Sequence record: NC_070958.1
Direction: 5' to 3' (one strand)
Length of the DNA: 64,000 nt
Below the pieces are notes generated by a model, which saw nothing but the letters and a program-made list of their open reading frames with translations, had not been told where the DNA came from and searched no databases. Position numbers and translations under genes: made by a program. Positions 16,950-27,057 of the stretch are shown here, piece by piece. Every line of letters begins with the position of its first letter. The stretch's first letter is position 1.

Positions 16950-17686
16950 TGAACACTATGAAACCTGGCGTATTCACTGCCCAACGTGATGACATGATCA
17001 ACTTCGTTCGCCGCGTACTGTCCGATCTGGGTCGGATGGGTCCTTGCGATCGTGTTAGCAAGTACATGCCACTTCCAAACAACTTTGTTCTTCGTTGTGT
17101 TGTGGAATTGGAAGAAGATACGTCCGGTAACATCTGGTTGGATGCATTCGGTCCGACACAGCACGTAGGGATGATAACTCCCGAAGGTGTTCGTGATATC
17201 GGTCTGAATGAGCAGAATCTCAATGAGTTCGCAGATGCCGCTGTGGATGCGTTCATATGGCAGACCATCAAAGATTTATTCAACGCCAACCTCAGCCTGG
17301 AAACTGATGGTACTGAGCTCGGAAATCTACAGATGGTCGAAGAGATCAACAGGCTCTATCCAGACCTGGGGATCGAATTTACCAATAACGGTTACAACTA
17401 CTATCTCCGTGACACCTTGGGCACCACTATCAAGGCCATCACCAAGATGGACAAGACACCCAAAACCGAAGTGTTGTTTGGGATTTACTGCCCGACCGAC
17501 AATGATGATGCCATCAATACCCTGTCAGGTAACGATGACAACCAACCTAGTGCTCAAAGTGATGAGTACAACTCATGGTCCTTCGAAGTCCAGAACATGG
17601 CTGTCGTCGATCTCGCCTGGATCTATATGAAAGGTTGGATGGATATCCCCGATCATATCGTACTGAAAGAAGAGGAAGAAGAGTAA
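16949..17686 (+). CDS. Hypothetical protein, paralog of 19484-20197
   Basis: Shared RDDMINF/RDELIDF and NNGYNY/HNGFNY motifs. Confidence 0.8.
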   Translation: MNTMKPGVFTAQRDDMINFVRRVLSDLGRMGPCDRVSKYMPLPNNFVLRCVVELEEDTSGNIWLDAFGPTQHVGMITPEGVRDIGLNEQNLNEFADAAVDAFIWQTIKDLFNANLSLETDGTELGNLQMVEEINRLYPDLGIEFTNNGYNYYLRDTLGTTIKAITKMDKTPKTEVLFGIYCPTDNDDAINTLSGNDDNQPSAQSDEYNSWSFEVQNMAVVDLAWIYMKGWMDIPDHIVLKEEEEE

Positions 17687-18054
17687 TGCAAAAGAAAACG
17701 CTTCTCTCCATCATCGGGTTGTTACTGACATTCTCCATGTTCTTCACCAACAAGTACACTGGTGACCAGGAGATCAAAACAACACTGATCGGATGTGAAC
17801 AAACCGAAGATCCGTTGTCTGGTCAACCTGCAAACTTCTGCGAGTGGAAAGGACATGGTTACTTCACTCGGGTTGAAGTCAGTGACCTTGAATACCAATA
17901 CAACATCAAACGTGTTGGTAGTCAAGATATCGCTGTGATCGAAAACCCGAAAGCCTGGGTGTTCTATATCAACGTCATGATGGTAATCATCATGGGGATC
18001 TATCTCATGGGTCGTCAACAGGAGGAAGAAGATGTATCACATTACCCGGATTGA
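17686..18054 (+). CDS. Membrane protein (TM - Cys-pair domain - TM)
   Basis: TAATG overlap; architecture like 15232-15597. Confidence 0.7.
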   Translation: MQKKTLLSIIGLLLTFSMFFTNKYTGDQEIKTTLIGCEQTEDPLSGQPANFCEWKGHGYFTRVEVSDLEYQYNIKRVGSQDIAVIENPKAWVFYINVMMVIIMGIYLMGRQQEEEDVSHYPD

Positions 18055-18418
18055 TGTTTGTGATCTTACTTACAAGCTCATAAAGCACCTGACCTCCGAT
18101 ACGTACATCATGGGTGATGGTCTTGTCATAGGTGAACTGACAGGAGTGATTTTGAATCCAGGAGCTGATCTGGGTTTCTATCCTCCCCAGGGTACCAAGA
18201 TGGAACTCAAACTGACCGTGAAGGATGACAACCAGGATCCGGAGATCCGTGGATGGTCCGGTTGGTTTGCTTTCCAACGGCAAGACGCCCCCGATCCTAC
18301 AGCCCTGGTAGTGATCGCTGGTGTTATCGACAAACAGGATAACGAACTTATCCGAACTGTCCAACAACGTGATGATCACAACCAGTTCTTCTTTGCTAAG
18401 AAAAAGAACTTCCATTAA
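18032..18418 (+). CDS. Hypothetical protein
   Basis: 128-aa ORF, GGAGG upstream. Confidence 0.7.
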   Translation: MYHITRIDVCDLTYKLIKHLTSDTYIMGDGLVIGELTGVILNPGADLGFYPPQGTKMELKLTVKDDNQDPEIRGWSGWFAFQRQDAPDPTALVVIAGVIDKQDNELIRTVQQRDDHNQFFFAKKKNFH

Positions 18419-18428
18419 GGAGAGATGA

Positions 18429-18782
18429 GTGTCTGTGAGTGTTAACCTCCGATCAGATGCTATTACTCCCAAGTTGGCTAAGGAAATGAACGGATCTATC
18501 TTTATTCGTTCTAACACGTTCTCTGTCCGGCAACGGGCAGGGAACATTACCCTCGGCCTCCATGGGATAAGTTATCTGAAATTACCCAAAATGAATACCA
18601 ACGCCAAGTTCAGTTACCTGGAAGAACCCAGTGATGATGGCGAAGGTGTTTATTGGACTTGTTCCCTGGCGTTCTACGCAAAACCCTCCCATAAACAGCT
18701 GACCACCTTGGTCATTAAAACAGGTTTCTATCATGTCGTTAAACGTGACGGTATCGTGGAGCCGGGTGCCGGTTACAGTTAA
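18429..18782 (+). CDS. Hypothetical protein
   Basis: GTG start after AAGGAG. Confidence 0.7.
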   Translation: MSVSVNLRSDAITPKLAKEMNGSIFIRSNTFSVRQRAGNITLGLHGISYLKLPKMNTNAKFSYLEEPSDDGEGVYWTCSLAFYAKPSHKQLTTLVIKTGFYHVVKRDGIVEPGAGYS

Positions 18783-18786
18783 ACTG

Positions 18787-19113
18787 ATGCCCAAAGAGTT
18801 CGAACCCAAAATGTTTTATCTTCCGCATGTTCAAGGGTTAAGAACTCACCACTGGCTATATCCCAACAAACCCAGAGAGTTGCGTTATGTTAATCATAAA
18901 GGTGATCAGTACATCGGTCGCTTTAACTTCAAGTGGTTCAATGGAGCATTGCGGTTAACACCGGTTAAAGGTGAAATCCCAAAGATGATTGAACGTAACC
19001 GCCAAACTCCCATGACCTGGAAACCAGTTCAAGATGGCTGGCCTGACTACTATCTGTTCGGACTTGTCATGGTTGAACGGTTCTATATACTCAGGTTCAA
19101 AGACACACTTTAG
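18787..19113 (+). CDS. Hypothetical protein, paralog of 19122-19487
   Basis: YIGRFNFKWFNGALRLTPV vs KIGHFNVIYDREFLTFIPV. Confidence 0.7.
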   Translation: MPKEFEPKMFYLPHVQGLRTHHWLYPNKPRELRYVNHKGDQYIGRFNFKWFNGALRLTPVKGEIPKMIERNRQTPMTWKPVQDGWPDYYLFGLVMVERFYILRFKDTL

Positions 19114-19121
19114 GAGGTGTC

Positions 19122-19487
19122 ATGCTCTTTAAGTTACAAAAGAAAGGACTGGAGGTTTACCGATTCGTTCAGCACGACATCGACCTCGTTGTAAACAAAG
19201 GTCCTTTCAAGGGTACCAAGCATGTTATCATGCGATTTGAGAATGAAGCTCGGCAACTCAAGATCGGACACTTCAACGTGATCTATGATCGGGAGTTCCT
19301 GACCTTTATTCCGGTATGGAACGAACCTGTTCTTGATTGCATTCGAAATAAGAAGAAATGCCGTCAGAACAACCCACTGAAAATGGGATTCCCCATTATC
19401 CCCAAATACAAGTACTATTTCTGGAAACTCATCAGTTTCGAAGTAGGGTACGTCCATCTCAAAGTCATGTTAAGGAATTCCAAATGA
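19122..19487 (+). CDS. Hypothetical protein
   Basis: AGGAGG upstream. Confidence 0.75.
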   Translation: MLFKLQKKGLEVYRFVQHDIDLVVNKGPFKGTKHVIMRFENEARQLKIGHFNVIYDREFLTFIPVWNEPVLDCIRNKKKCRQNNPLKMGFPIIPKYKYYFWKLISFEVGYVHLKVMLRNSK

Positions 19488-20197
19488 AAAAGGTATCTGT
19501 ACAACAAGTACTTGCAGCACGCGACGAGTTGATCGATTTTGCTTTTCAAGCTATCCTCAATGTTCGGGCCGCCCACCATCATTTCGAAACTGACCTCAAA
19601 GTAAAAGAAATCTATGGCTTTTGGGCTAAACTTCTCATTGCCAAGAAAGATGGTAACTATCGACTGCGTATGCACGCTCTTGGTTATTCCATCATCTTCT
19701 ATGAAATGCACGAGAGTGTGCTCGGACTACCGTATACCGCTGAAGGTGTACGAGAAGAAGCAACTGCAACTGTTGATGCTTGGTTGTCCAAGATCATCTT
19801 GGTTTCTCTCCGGAAACAACCTGAACTCCAAGTCGAGAACAGCGAAGAGAGTATCAGGAACGTCGCCGATGTCATCAAAGACATCTATCCCCACACACTG
19901 ATCACGGTCACCCATAACGGGTTTAACTATCACTCCATGACACCCACCGGTGAGTTGTTGAGTTCAGTAGCTCACACTCAAGGTCCTCAACGTAAAGGTC
20001 CAGGTGGGCGATTGGCCGCTGCTCGATTGGAAACTTGTACACTTCATGCGACAGCTGAAGTGCATGATGATCCACTGCTCGACAACTACTCGGGTATCGG
20101 ACGTAATCTGGAAAACCTGATCTGTACCGACCTCACTGATTTGATCATGTTGGGTCATGTCAACTACGATCTTGTCTTCGAATTCGAAGATCATTAA
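19484..20197 (+). CDS. Hypothetical protein, paralog of 16949-17686
   Basis: AAGGA upstream; ATGA overlap. Confidence 0.8.
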   Translation: MKKVSVQQVLAARDELIDFAFQAILNVRAAHHHFETDLKVKEIYGFWAKLLIAKKDGNYRLRMHALGYSIIFYEMHESVLGLPYTAEGVREEATATVDAWLSKIILVSLRKQPELQVENSEESIRNVADVIKDIYPHTLITVTHNGFNYHSMTPTGELLSSVAHTQGPQRKGPGGRLAAARLETCTLHATAEVHDDPLLDNYSGIGRNLENLICTDLTDLIMLGHVNYDLVFEFEDH

Positions 20198-20256
20198 TCG
20201 TAACTACTTTCACTATTAGTTGCAGTAATCCCATTAATCAACATTTAGGTATAGCA

Positions 20257-20652
20257 ATGTCCGAACAACTCCCAGCGTCCAAAACCTACACATTGGAGCA
20301 GGTTCAAAAAGTATTGCGGGAAATCGTAGACCAAGTTCGCAAGAACAAGATCGAACGTGTCACCCGTGTCGCTCTGAACTTCCGTGGTACTTCTCCCGAG
20401 GTATCCATCCATGCAGGGTACAAACTCCTGGGTCGTCATCAACCGCATGTTTGGTCCGATCGACCTTACTCCGAAAAGAGTAACAAGATACTGGCGACTT
20501 TCAAACTGCGTGTCAACGGTTGTCCGATTCATCAGTTCAACGTCACCACTGGTGTCATTCTCCCGGAATTCCATGGAGAGGATCACCTCAACGAACTGTC
20601 GGATCGACTCCAACAAGTAGTTGGGGAACATTTGTTCTCCAAACGCAACTAA
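20257..20652 (+). CDS. Hypothetical protein
   Basis: 131-aa ORF followed by a stem-loop. Confidence 0.75.
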   Translation: MSEQLPASKTYTLEQVQKVLREIVDQVRKNKIERVTRVALNFRGTSPEVSIHAGYKLLGRHQPHVWSDRPYSEKSNKILATFKLRVNGCPIHQFNVTTGVILPEFHGEDHLNELSDRLQQVVGEHLFSKRN

Positions 20653-20655
20653 CAT

Positions 20656-20685
20656 AAGTAGGGCTCCCCGCAAGGAGCCCTACTT
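20656..20685 (+). terminator. Stem-loop
   Basis: aagtagggctcc-ccgcaa-ggagccctactt. Confidence 0.7.
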
Positions 20686-20701
20686 AGTGTATGAGGTTTA
20701 C

Positions 20702-21169
20702 ATGAGCGATATCCGTTGGTACCAAGAAAATGATCGAATGGTCATTGTTGACAATGAAACCCAAGGAACCCTTCACATCCGTTTCAACCCGATGAATCGA
20801 AAGACTGGTTCTGATTTGATGTGGGGTCATGTCAACGATATATCAGCTTCCATAGAGAATGGTGATCTTCAGTTGAGCCTGAAGGGACATTCCATGATCG
20901 ATGTCAGAAGCGATATTGAACTCAGAGGTAGTGTGACTCTGAAAACAGCTTTCCTACACGACCCTGTGATTGAAAATAGTCACATTGATTTCGTTAGTAT
21001 TACCGCGAAGACAGTTTTCAAAGATGCACATGTCCACGCAGTAGGAATACAGCGATTCGGGTTAGTGAAGTTCATCAACAGTAAATATGATGGATTTATG
21101 AATGGAGCGCTTCCGAAAGCACGGGAGCTCCAAGTAGTCGACAACCACGTTAAGGTGATAGTACAATGA
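20702..21169 (+). CDS. Hypothetical protein (beta-rich)
   Basis: GAGG upstream of ATG 20702. Confidence 0.7.
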   Translation: MSDIRWYQENDRMVIVDNETQGTLHIRFNPMNRKTGSDLMWGHVNDISASIENGDLQLSLKGHSMIDVRSDIELRGSVTLKTAFLHDPVIENSHIDFVSITAKTVFKDAHVHAVGIQRFGLVKFINSKYDGFMNGALPKARELQVVDNHVKVIVQ

Positions 21170-21549
21170 GTGAAGTTAAGAAAGTTAAGAAAGCTCACCC
21201 CATGGATTCCTTTATCCAGGACATGATCAACTTCATGAATCCTGAAGGCTCCACCAAGGATGGTGATAAACTCTTCCTTAAAACAAAGGAAGGGACATCT
21301 GATCTGACGGAGATCCTCTTGGAACGAAATGATGGTGTCATCACCGGTTATCTCGTCCACGAAGATAAGATCATCAAGATTAACGTAGGGTTCTCGCAAA
21401 CCTGGAAACCCACACTGGAAATCCGGTTTGGGGAAATGTTTGTAACGTCCATGGCTGTTGATAACAAGAAAGGCTTGGATATGTATCTCAAACGTCTCTA
21501 TGACAAGAAACCACCAAAGAGCAAGAAGAACGACTGCACTGAAGATTAA
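21166..21549 (+). CDS. Hypothetical protein
   Basis: ATGA overlap with the previous gene. Confidence 0.7.
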   Translation: MSEVKKVKKAHPMDSFIQDMINFMNPEGSTKDGDKLFLKTKEGTSDLTEILLERNDGVITGYLVHEDKIIKINVGFSQTWKPTLEIRFGEMFVTSMAVDNKKGLDMYLKRLYDKKPPKSKKNDCTED

Positions 21550-21569
21550 GTCCATAATAACTTGGACAT

Positions 21570-21586
21570 ATATAATCAAAGTGTAA
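21570..21586 (+). promoter_or_regulatory. Phage promoter motif (partial)
   Basis: ATATAAT-caaa-GTGTAA upstream of 21615. Confidence 0.55.
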
Positions 21587-21614
21587 TCCACCACGATTAA
21601 TTTAGGAGTTCAAT

Positions 21615-21914
21615 ATGATCATCAAACGTAAACACCTCGGTATGAAACGCAAGTTCAAACTGGTTGGGTTGGATGACACCACTCAACGTGGCGATATCTT
21701 CTACCGCATCAACGAGATCAATAACACCCACGCCACCAAACTGGACCTCAATGATCTCACCCACGAAGAACATGAACGTCTCATGGAACTTCGCCAAGAA
21801 GCGATTGAACAGATCTCCGAAGGACCGAACTGGTTCAACGCCTACATGGTAGAGCATGGTGGCGATAAGACCAGTGCCAATGTAAACCGTGTCTACTTCC
21901 GTATCACTTTCTAA
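21615..21914 (+). CDS. Hypothetical protein
   Basis: AGGAG upstream. Confidence 0.75.
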   Translation: MIIKRKHLGMKRKFKLVGLDDTTQRGDIFYRINEINNTHATKLDLNDLTHEEHERLMELRQEAIEQISEGPNWFNAYMVEHGGDKTSANVNRVYFRITF

Positions 21915-21926
21915 AAGGTAACCAAC

Positions 21927-24329
21927 ATGAACCAACAAGTACGTGACATCCTGATCCAAATGGTAGCCAACAAATATCACGCAACAATGAAAGAGTATCG
22001 TTTCTTCCAGATGGGTGATATGACCAACACCCTGGCCGCCATGGTCGACGGACTCCAGTTCCCTCAAACAGCTTACCTGAAAGAGCTGAAAGACATTCAT
22101 GGCAAGATCAATCGTGAACTGTCCAAGGTCAACGCCGTCCATCCCCAGTACGTTCCTGATTACTCCAGGATCTACGACCTCCTCTGCGAACTGGTAAACG
22201 CCGAAGACTGGGACGGTGTGGGGCGAATCCATCGTGGGTTCGTTGGACACAAAGACAAGATCACTGTTCTCCATCACATCTACGAGAACAGCAACATCTA
22301 TACCGATCCCCAACACTTCGCCCCGATCAACATCTGCGCCTCCTTTAACAAGGGCGAACAGAAAAAGATCCTCATCCAAACCGGCATGGACGAAAGCGGT
22401 GTTGAATCGGTAGCCACGATGCATCCGACCAGTGCGGCCCGCCTGATCAAAAAGCACTTCGAACTCTGGTGGGCTAACAAAGAGAAGGCGGCCCAGGAAG
22501 CATCCAACAAGAAGGAAGAAGAAATACACTATCCGCCCTTTGACACCAAAACTGTCGGTGACTACACCATCGCAAATGGCATCGATCCGGTGATCACTCA
22601 GATGTCCCTCCAGGAACTGGAAACCCATCTGAACAACATCAACGAAGCTGGTTTCACCAGGGCGCAAATCGACACCCTGGTGAAGAACATCAACATGCCG
22701 ATCTCCGGTTCCGTAGATGAGCGTTTTGTTGATTGGCTCGATGACGATTACGAAGCCATTCGCTCCATGATCGCTATGTTCGCATGCAAGAACGTTTGGA
22801 TAGCTCCGGAGGTAGCCTACGTGAAGTCTGGCGTCCACCGTCAAGCCGCTCGTTCACTCTTCATCGAGAAAGCGATGAGTGAACTGATCAGACGTTCGGT
22901 AATCACTGGAAGTTCCAGGGACATCACTCTGGATAAACTGGAGTCATTCATCGAAAACCATCCGGTGGAACGCTGCTATGACAATGCAGTATACCCCACC
23001 AAAACCGGTGCCGTGACCATCTTCAATGAAGCAGGTTGGGACCTCGATACACTTTCCCTGGTGGTTTCCGAGATCAACCTTTCTCCCGGCATGGATATGA
23101 ATCCCGCCTTCGGTGAAATGCTGGTCCCCAATAAAGCCGCCATGATCGCTGCGATCAGTTTGTTCGCTGACTTCAAGCATTGGGGTCACGTGACTACCGA
23201 CAGTGTGGTCGAAGGTACCGAAGAAATTTACCAGTTCCTTCTCAAGCGCCATTCCGGCGTGACCGAAGAGGAACCTCAATCGAACAAGGAAGAAACCATG
23301 AAGGAAACTACATCTATTGCCGAACTGGTCTCCAAAGTCATCCTGGGATTCACTGATCTCGTGATGATCGCCGATACCGAAAAGGTAATCGAAGAGATCA
23401 ATCGTCAAGCGACCCCGACCCTGGCCGGTGTCATGAAGAATATTCTTCAGAGTGTCAAACCGACAGCACCGTCGCAACCTCGTGGCCAAACCGAATCCTT
23501 CCAGCACCTGGACTGCCCTGGGTACACTCCTCGTTCCACTATCCGTGGCGAGTATGCCGAGGTGATCAAGTTCATCAACATGGGAGACGTTGATTCAGCA
23601 GCAACTGCGATCAAGGGGATCCTCAACAAGTACAGCGTGATGGAGCTTCACGGGATGCTGATCGGGAACACACCCCGTTCACTCAATCCCAATGAAATGG
23701 CCAACGAGATTATCGAAGTGATACGTGCAGCAGCGATGAAACGTAAAGTCGACCTCGCTGAAATTGCACGTCAATCACCGGTGACTCGACTCATCAAGCA
23801 AAACCTCTTCGCCAAAGCTATCCAAAGTTCCCTGGAAGAAACCTACGCAATGTTTGACAGCTATGTCAAACAAGTTAGCATCATCCAGGTATACGTCGCG
23901 CTCTTTGGCACCACCGATGTGACCGGGAAGTCCTTCAGTCAAATGGATGCCGAAATCCGCAATAGCCTGACAACGACTAACGAGTCCAGTAACGGAACCG
24001 GTCTGAGTAACTTTGTTGAAAGAATCCGTGGGGCAGTTCAGGCCATGGATCTCGACAAAGCAATGAGCTTGCTCGATGAAGGGTTCTCCATGTTTGGTAC
24101 GGTGCTGGTATCTACAACACTCCTGGGTGATAAAAATGTTATCGGTAACCGGACCAGTCGTGAACTGGTCTTCATGTGCCGTGACGCTATTACCACCTGG
24201 ATCAACACCAACAAGTCAATGGCCCGCCACGGTACTTTCTCCAACCCTGAATCTCGGGTCTCGGAGGAGGATCAGTGGATCAAAGATCTGAACAAACTGG
24301 GTTTCAAGTGCGTTATCCTTCACAAGTAA
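21927..24329 (+). CDS. Large hypothetical protein (800 aa) with internally duplicated helical modules
   Basis: Two related middle modules and three ~60-aa C-terminal modules. Confidence 0.85.
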   Translation: MNQQVRDILIQMVANKYHATMKEYRFFQMGDMTNTLAAMVDGLQFPQTAYLKELKDIHGKINRELSKVNAVHPQYVPDYSRIYDLLCELVNAEDWDGVGRIHRGFVGHKDKITVLHHIYENSNIYTDPQHFAPINICASFNKGEQKKILIQTGMDESGVESVATMHPTSAARLIKKHFELWWANKEKAAQEASNKKEEEIHYPPFDTKTVGDYTIANGIDPVITQMSLQELETHLNNINEAGFTRAQIDTLVKNINMPISGSVDERFVDWLDDDYEAIRSMIAMFACKNVWIAPEVAYVKSGVHRQAARSLFIEKAMSELIRRSVITGSSRDITLDKLESFIENHPVERCYDNAVYPTKTGAVTIFNEAGWDLDTLSLVVSEINLSPGMDMNPAFGEMLVPNKAAMIAAISLFADFKHWGHVTTDSVVEGTEEIYQFLLKRHSGVTEEEPQSNKEETMKETTSIAELVSKVILGFTDLVMIADTEKVIEEINRQATPTLAGVMKNILQSVKPTAPSQPRGQTESFQHLDCPGYTPRSTIRGEYAEVIKFINMGDVDSAATAIKGILNKYSVMELHGMLIGNTPRSLNPNEMANEIIEVIRAAAMKRKVDLAEIARQSPVTRLIKQNLFAKAIQSSLEETYAMFDSYVKQVSIIQVYVALFGTTDVTGKSFSQMDAEIRNSLTTTNESSNGTGLSNFVERIRGAVQAMDLDKAMSLLDEGFSMFGTVLVSTTLLGDKNVIGNRTSRELVFMCRDAITTWINTNKSMARHGTFSNPESRVSEEDQWIKDLNKLGFKCVILHK

Positions 24330-24340
24330 GATGATTGAAA

Positions 24341-24360
24341 GGGAACCCTTCGGGGTTCCC
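24341..24360 (+). terminator. Stem-loop with TTCG loop
   Basis: gggaaccc-ttcg-gggttccc followed by T-rich tract. Confidence 0.8.
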
Positions 24361-24398
24361 TCTCTTCTTTATACATTTTATTTTTGTGCCCTTATACT

Positions 24399-24426
24399 TT
24401 TTGAAACAGATATTATCACTGTGTAA
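24399..24426 (+). promoter_or_regulatory. Phage promoter motif
   Basis: TTTTGA-aacag-ATATTAT-cact-GTGTAA upstream of 24445. Confidence 0.65.
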
Positions 24427-24444
24427 AGAAGGGAGAAAATTCTA

Positions 24445-24897
24445 ATGGCAAACAAAAGCACAGAAAAGATTTATTTCGATTACCTGAATAAACTCCTCCT
24501 GGGTACACTCGGAGGGTTCATGCACTCAATAGCTGATAGCAATGCGATTCCGAAGCCGAATCAATTTGAGGGAAAGAAGAGTGCCGGTGGTTCAGTTATG
24601 GTTGCGTGGATGGACACGATACCTCTGATAGACTACTACTCTAAAATGTTAAATGACGAAATCCTTGCATCAGCGATGATTGGTTACCGAGACAAAGACA
24701 ATCCCATAATGGTGGATGTGTTCACAGTCTGTATGACCATCGAGAGTATTTATCTCATAGATGGCGATGTGAAATATCTATTAGTGAAGGACACTCAATC
24801 TGTCATGGACAACAACGAAATCCAAAATGCAATTAAGGATATCGTTGCGAAGAAATACATGGCCGGGTTAATAACAATACCTAGGGCTAAGTCATGA
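24445..24897 (+). CDS. Hypothetical protein
   Basis: 150-aa ORF, GGGAG upstream. Confidence 0.75.
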   Translation: MANKSTEKIYFDYLNKLLLGTLGGFMHSIADSNAIPKPNQFEGKKSAGGSVMVAWMDTIPLIDYYSKMLNDEILASAMIGYRDKDNPIMVDVFTVCMTIESIYLIDGDVKYLLVKDTQSVMDNNEIQNAIKDIVAKKYMAGLITIPRAKS

Positions 24898-25289
24898 AAA
24901 CCGAACTGATAAAAGACATCTTTCTCGATGCGTATTTAGGGAAAGAGAACAAAGAGCGGGATTACAAGTATTGGGTTAAACCACTTAATCCCGATGATGG
25001 TATTAAGTTCTTCTGTGTATTCAGAATCAGACTGAAAGGCAAAGCAGCCATACTGGTGAGAATCCAGGTTGACCTGGAAGCTGAATTAGCCAACACAGAA
25101 ACATCCCTCATCTATATTGATCAGGGATTTAAACCCAACACCAGGTTCCGTACAGATTTCACCAAAACGTTCTATAAGAAACGTGAACGACTCACTGGTC
25201 TCGGCATTGATGAGATCATTAAACGAGTCGCTCCGGGTCTTGCAGAGAAACTACATAAAGCAGAGGAATTAGCCAATGTCGACCAATAA
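24894..25289 (+). CDS. Hypothetical protein
   Basis: ATGA overlap. Confidence 0.7.
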   Translation: MKTELIKDIFLDAYLGKENKERDYKYWVKPLNPDDGIKFFCVFRIRLKGKAAILVRIQVDLEAELANTETSLIYIDQGFKPNTRFRTDFTKTFYKKRERLTGLGIDEIIKRVAPGLAEKLHKAEELANVDQ

Positions 25290-25665
25290 CGTAATCGCTA
25301 CTGATATCTATAACCGGATGGAAGCATTCTTCGAACGTCTTGAAGGTAAGGACTTCCCGTCCATCTATCAAGACAGCGACAGCATGATGTATTCCTTCCA
25401 AGTCGAATCCATGGGTAACTTGTTCCAGACGTCGGTTCAAGCAACCCAGGTAGAAGGTCAGGGTATACTGGTTTCACTCAGTTACTCTTTCATGGTAGAA
25501 CCCAAGAAGGTAGGGGACATCATCGTAATGGGTGTACCTATTCGCGGCGTGTATACCGTGAACGATGTTATTGCGGAAGTTAAGGACGAACAAGACCTGT
25601 TCTCCAAAACCTACGTACTGGCATTGGACCATGTTAAAGAGGCGGTCCACACCATCCTCGAATAA
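25276..25665 (+). CDS. Hypothetical protein
   Basis: GAGG upstream. Confidence 0.75.
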   Translation: MSTNNVIATDIYNRMEAFFERLEGKDFPSIYQDSDSMMYSFQVESMGNLFQTSVQATQVEGQGILVSLSYSFMVEPKKVGDIIVMGVPIRGVYTVNDVIAEVKDEQDLFSKTYVLALDHVKEAVHTILE

Positions 25666-25778
25666 ACCACCCAGAATCGTTTCTAAGCGATTTCTTTATT
25701 AAAGACGTACAGTTCAATACTTTAGCCTGAAGAAGTCGTTATAGATCGATTCAGGAATTATTAACCAAGGAGAAATCA

Positions 25779-26735
25779 ATGACCAACGCTGTTTTCAACA
25801 TCTACCTGTGTGGTGGTGTCGGTATCAAAGTAGGTAACCTGTTCAGCGCGGTAAGCCGCCAATCCCGCCACGTCGATCAGATCGTTGCCCTGGATTCGTC
25901 CAACGCCAACAAAGCAGTTGATGACTGCTTCCCGATCGAACGTCTGGAAGGTGCCGAAGGTTCTGGCTCCGACAAACGTGCCAACATGCACCTGTACAAA
26001 CCTTTCGTCAAGCAAGTGCTGTCCAAGTACCCGCCCAACAAGTTGAACATCGTCGTGTTCACTGGTTCCGGCGGTACTGGTTCCGGTATCGGTCCGCACG
26101 TCATGCGTGAATTCCTGGAAGCGGGGATTCCGGCGCTGGCAATGGTGATTGGTGACGACAGTTCCATGAAAGAACTGGACAACACTGTCTCCACTCTGCG
26201 TTCCCTGGCAGCACAGACCAAGCTGGGTGTTCCGGTTTGTTTCACCTACCACCTGAACCGCCCTGAACTCACCCACTCCGCTGTGAACCAACAAGTAGTC
26301 CAGAGCATCGACTCTGCCCTGCTGGCACTGAACCTGGATAACGTCAGTATCGACTACGCTGACATCTCCAACCTGTTCTTCTTCAGCCGGGTGGTCAACG
26401 CCGACCCCATCCTGACCCAGATGACCTTCCTGACGGATACCGACCTGGACAAGTACGATCGTCAACCGATCGCCGCTATTTCTGTCTTCGCCAAAGAAGA
26501 TGACATGCGTGCACCGTTCCCTGGTCTGATGTACCGCAAAGCAGGTACCTTCAGTGAAGCCAATGCCGGCTTTGAAGAATCCTGTCACGTAGTACTGGAT
26601 CACGGCAGTACCCTGGCTGAACTGGAAACCATGATGGAGTCCCACAAGAAACGCACCGATGGTATCGGGTCTCGTTTCAAAGTTCAGAAGTCCGCCATTA
26701 TGGACGGTGCCGACGACGACGGGATGTTCTGTTAA
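25779..26735 (+). CDS. phuZ: PhuZ tubulin-like spindle protein
   Basis: YLCGGVGI, LDSS, tubulin signature GSGGTGSG, IDYADI, acidic C-terminal tail ADDDGMFC. Confidence 0.93.
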   Translation: MTNAVFNIYLCGGVGIKVGNLFSAVSRQSRHVDQIVALDSSNANKAVDDCFPIERLEGAEGSGSDKRANMHLYKPFVKQVLSKYPPNKLNIVVFTGSGGTGSGIGPHVMREFLEAGIPALAMVIGDDSSMKELDNTVSTLRSLAAQTKLGVPVCFTYHLNRPELTHSAVNQQVVQSIDSALLALNLDNVSIDYADISNLFFFSRVVNADPILTQMTFLTDTDLDKYDRQPIAAISVFAKEDDMRAPFPGLMYRKAGTFSEANAGFEESCHVVLDHGSTLAELETMMESHKKRTDGIGSRFKVQKSAIMDGADDDGMFC

Positions 26736-26738
26736 TAG

Positions 26739-26766
26739 GAGAGGGGAGAAGAAATTCTCCCCTTCT
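26739..26766 (+). terminator. Stem-loop after phuZ
   Basis: gagaggggagaa-gaaa-ttctccccttct then tttta. Confidence 0.75.
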
Positions 26767-26771
26767 TTTAT

Positions 26772-27047
26772 ATGAGAATAATTTTTAATCTTTCCAGGTA
26801 TACCGAGGAACTACGGACCACAAACCGTTCACCTGAAGGGTTTGCATTTGGAGCTTTACAACAAGCTATACGTGATATGGGGATACCTCTTCCACCAGCT
26901 TCGTTTGTTATCGCTTCCGATGACCAACATCTCTTTTATAACGAGATTTGTGGTATTGTTGAACGTGAACTAATTAGTCTGCCGACACCACGACACGCTA
27001 ATCTGGTCATGATCTCTCCAATGTTCTTTCAACTGGAATTACTATAA
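26772..27047 (+). CDS. Hypothetical protein
   Basis: 91-aa ORF in a continuous + strand run. Confidence 0.6.
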   Translation: MRIIFNLSRYTEELRTTNRSPEGFAFGALQQAIRDMGIPLPPASFVIASDDQHLFYNEICGIVERELISLPTPRHANLVMISPMFFQLELL

Positions 27048-27057
27048 AGGAAACGCA

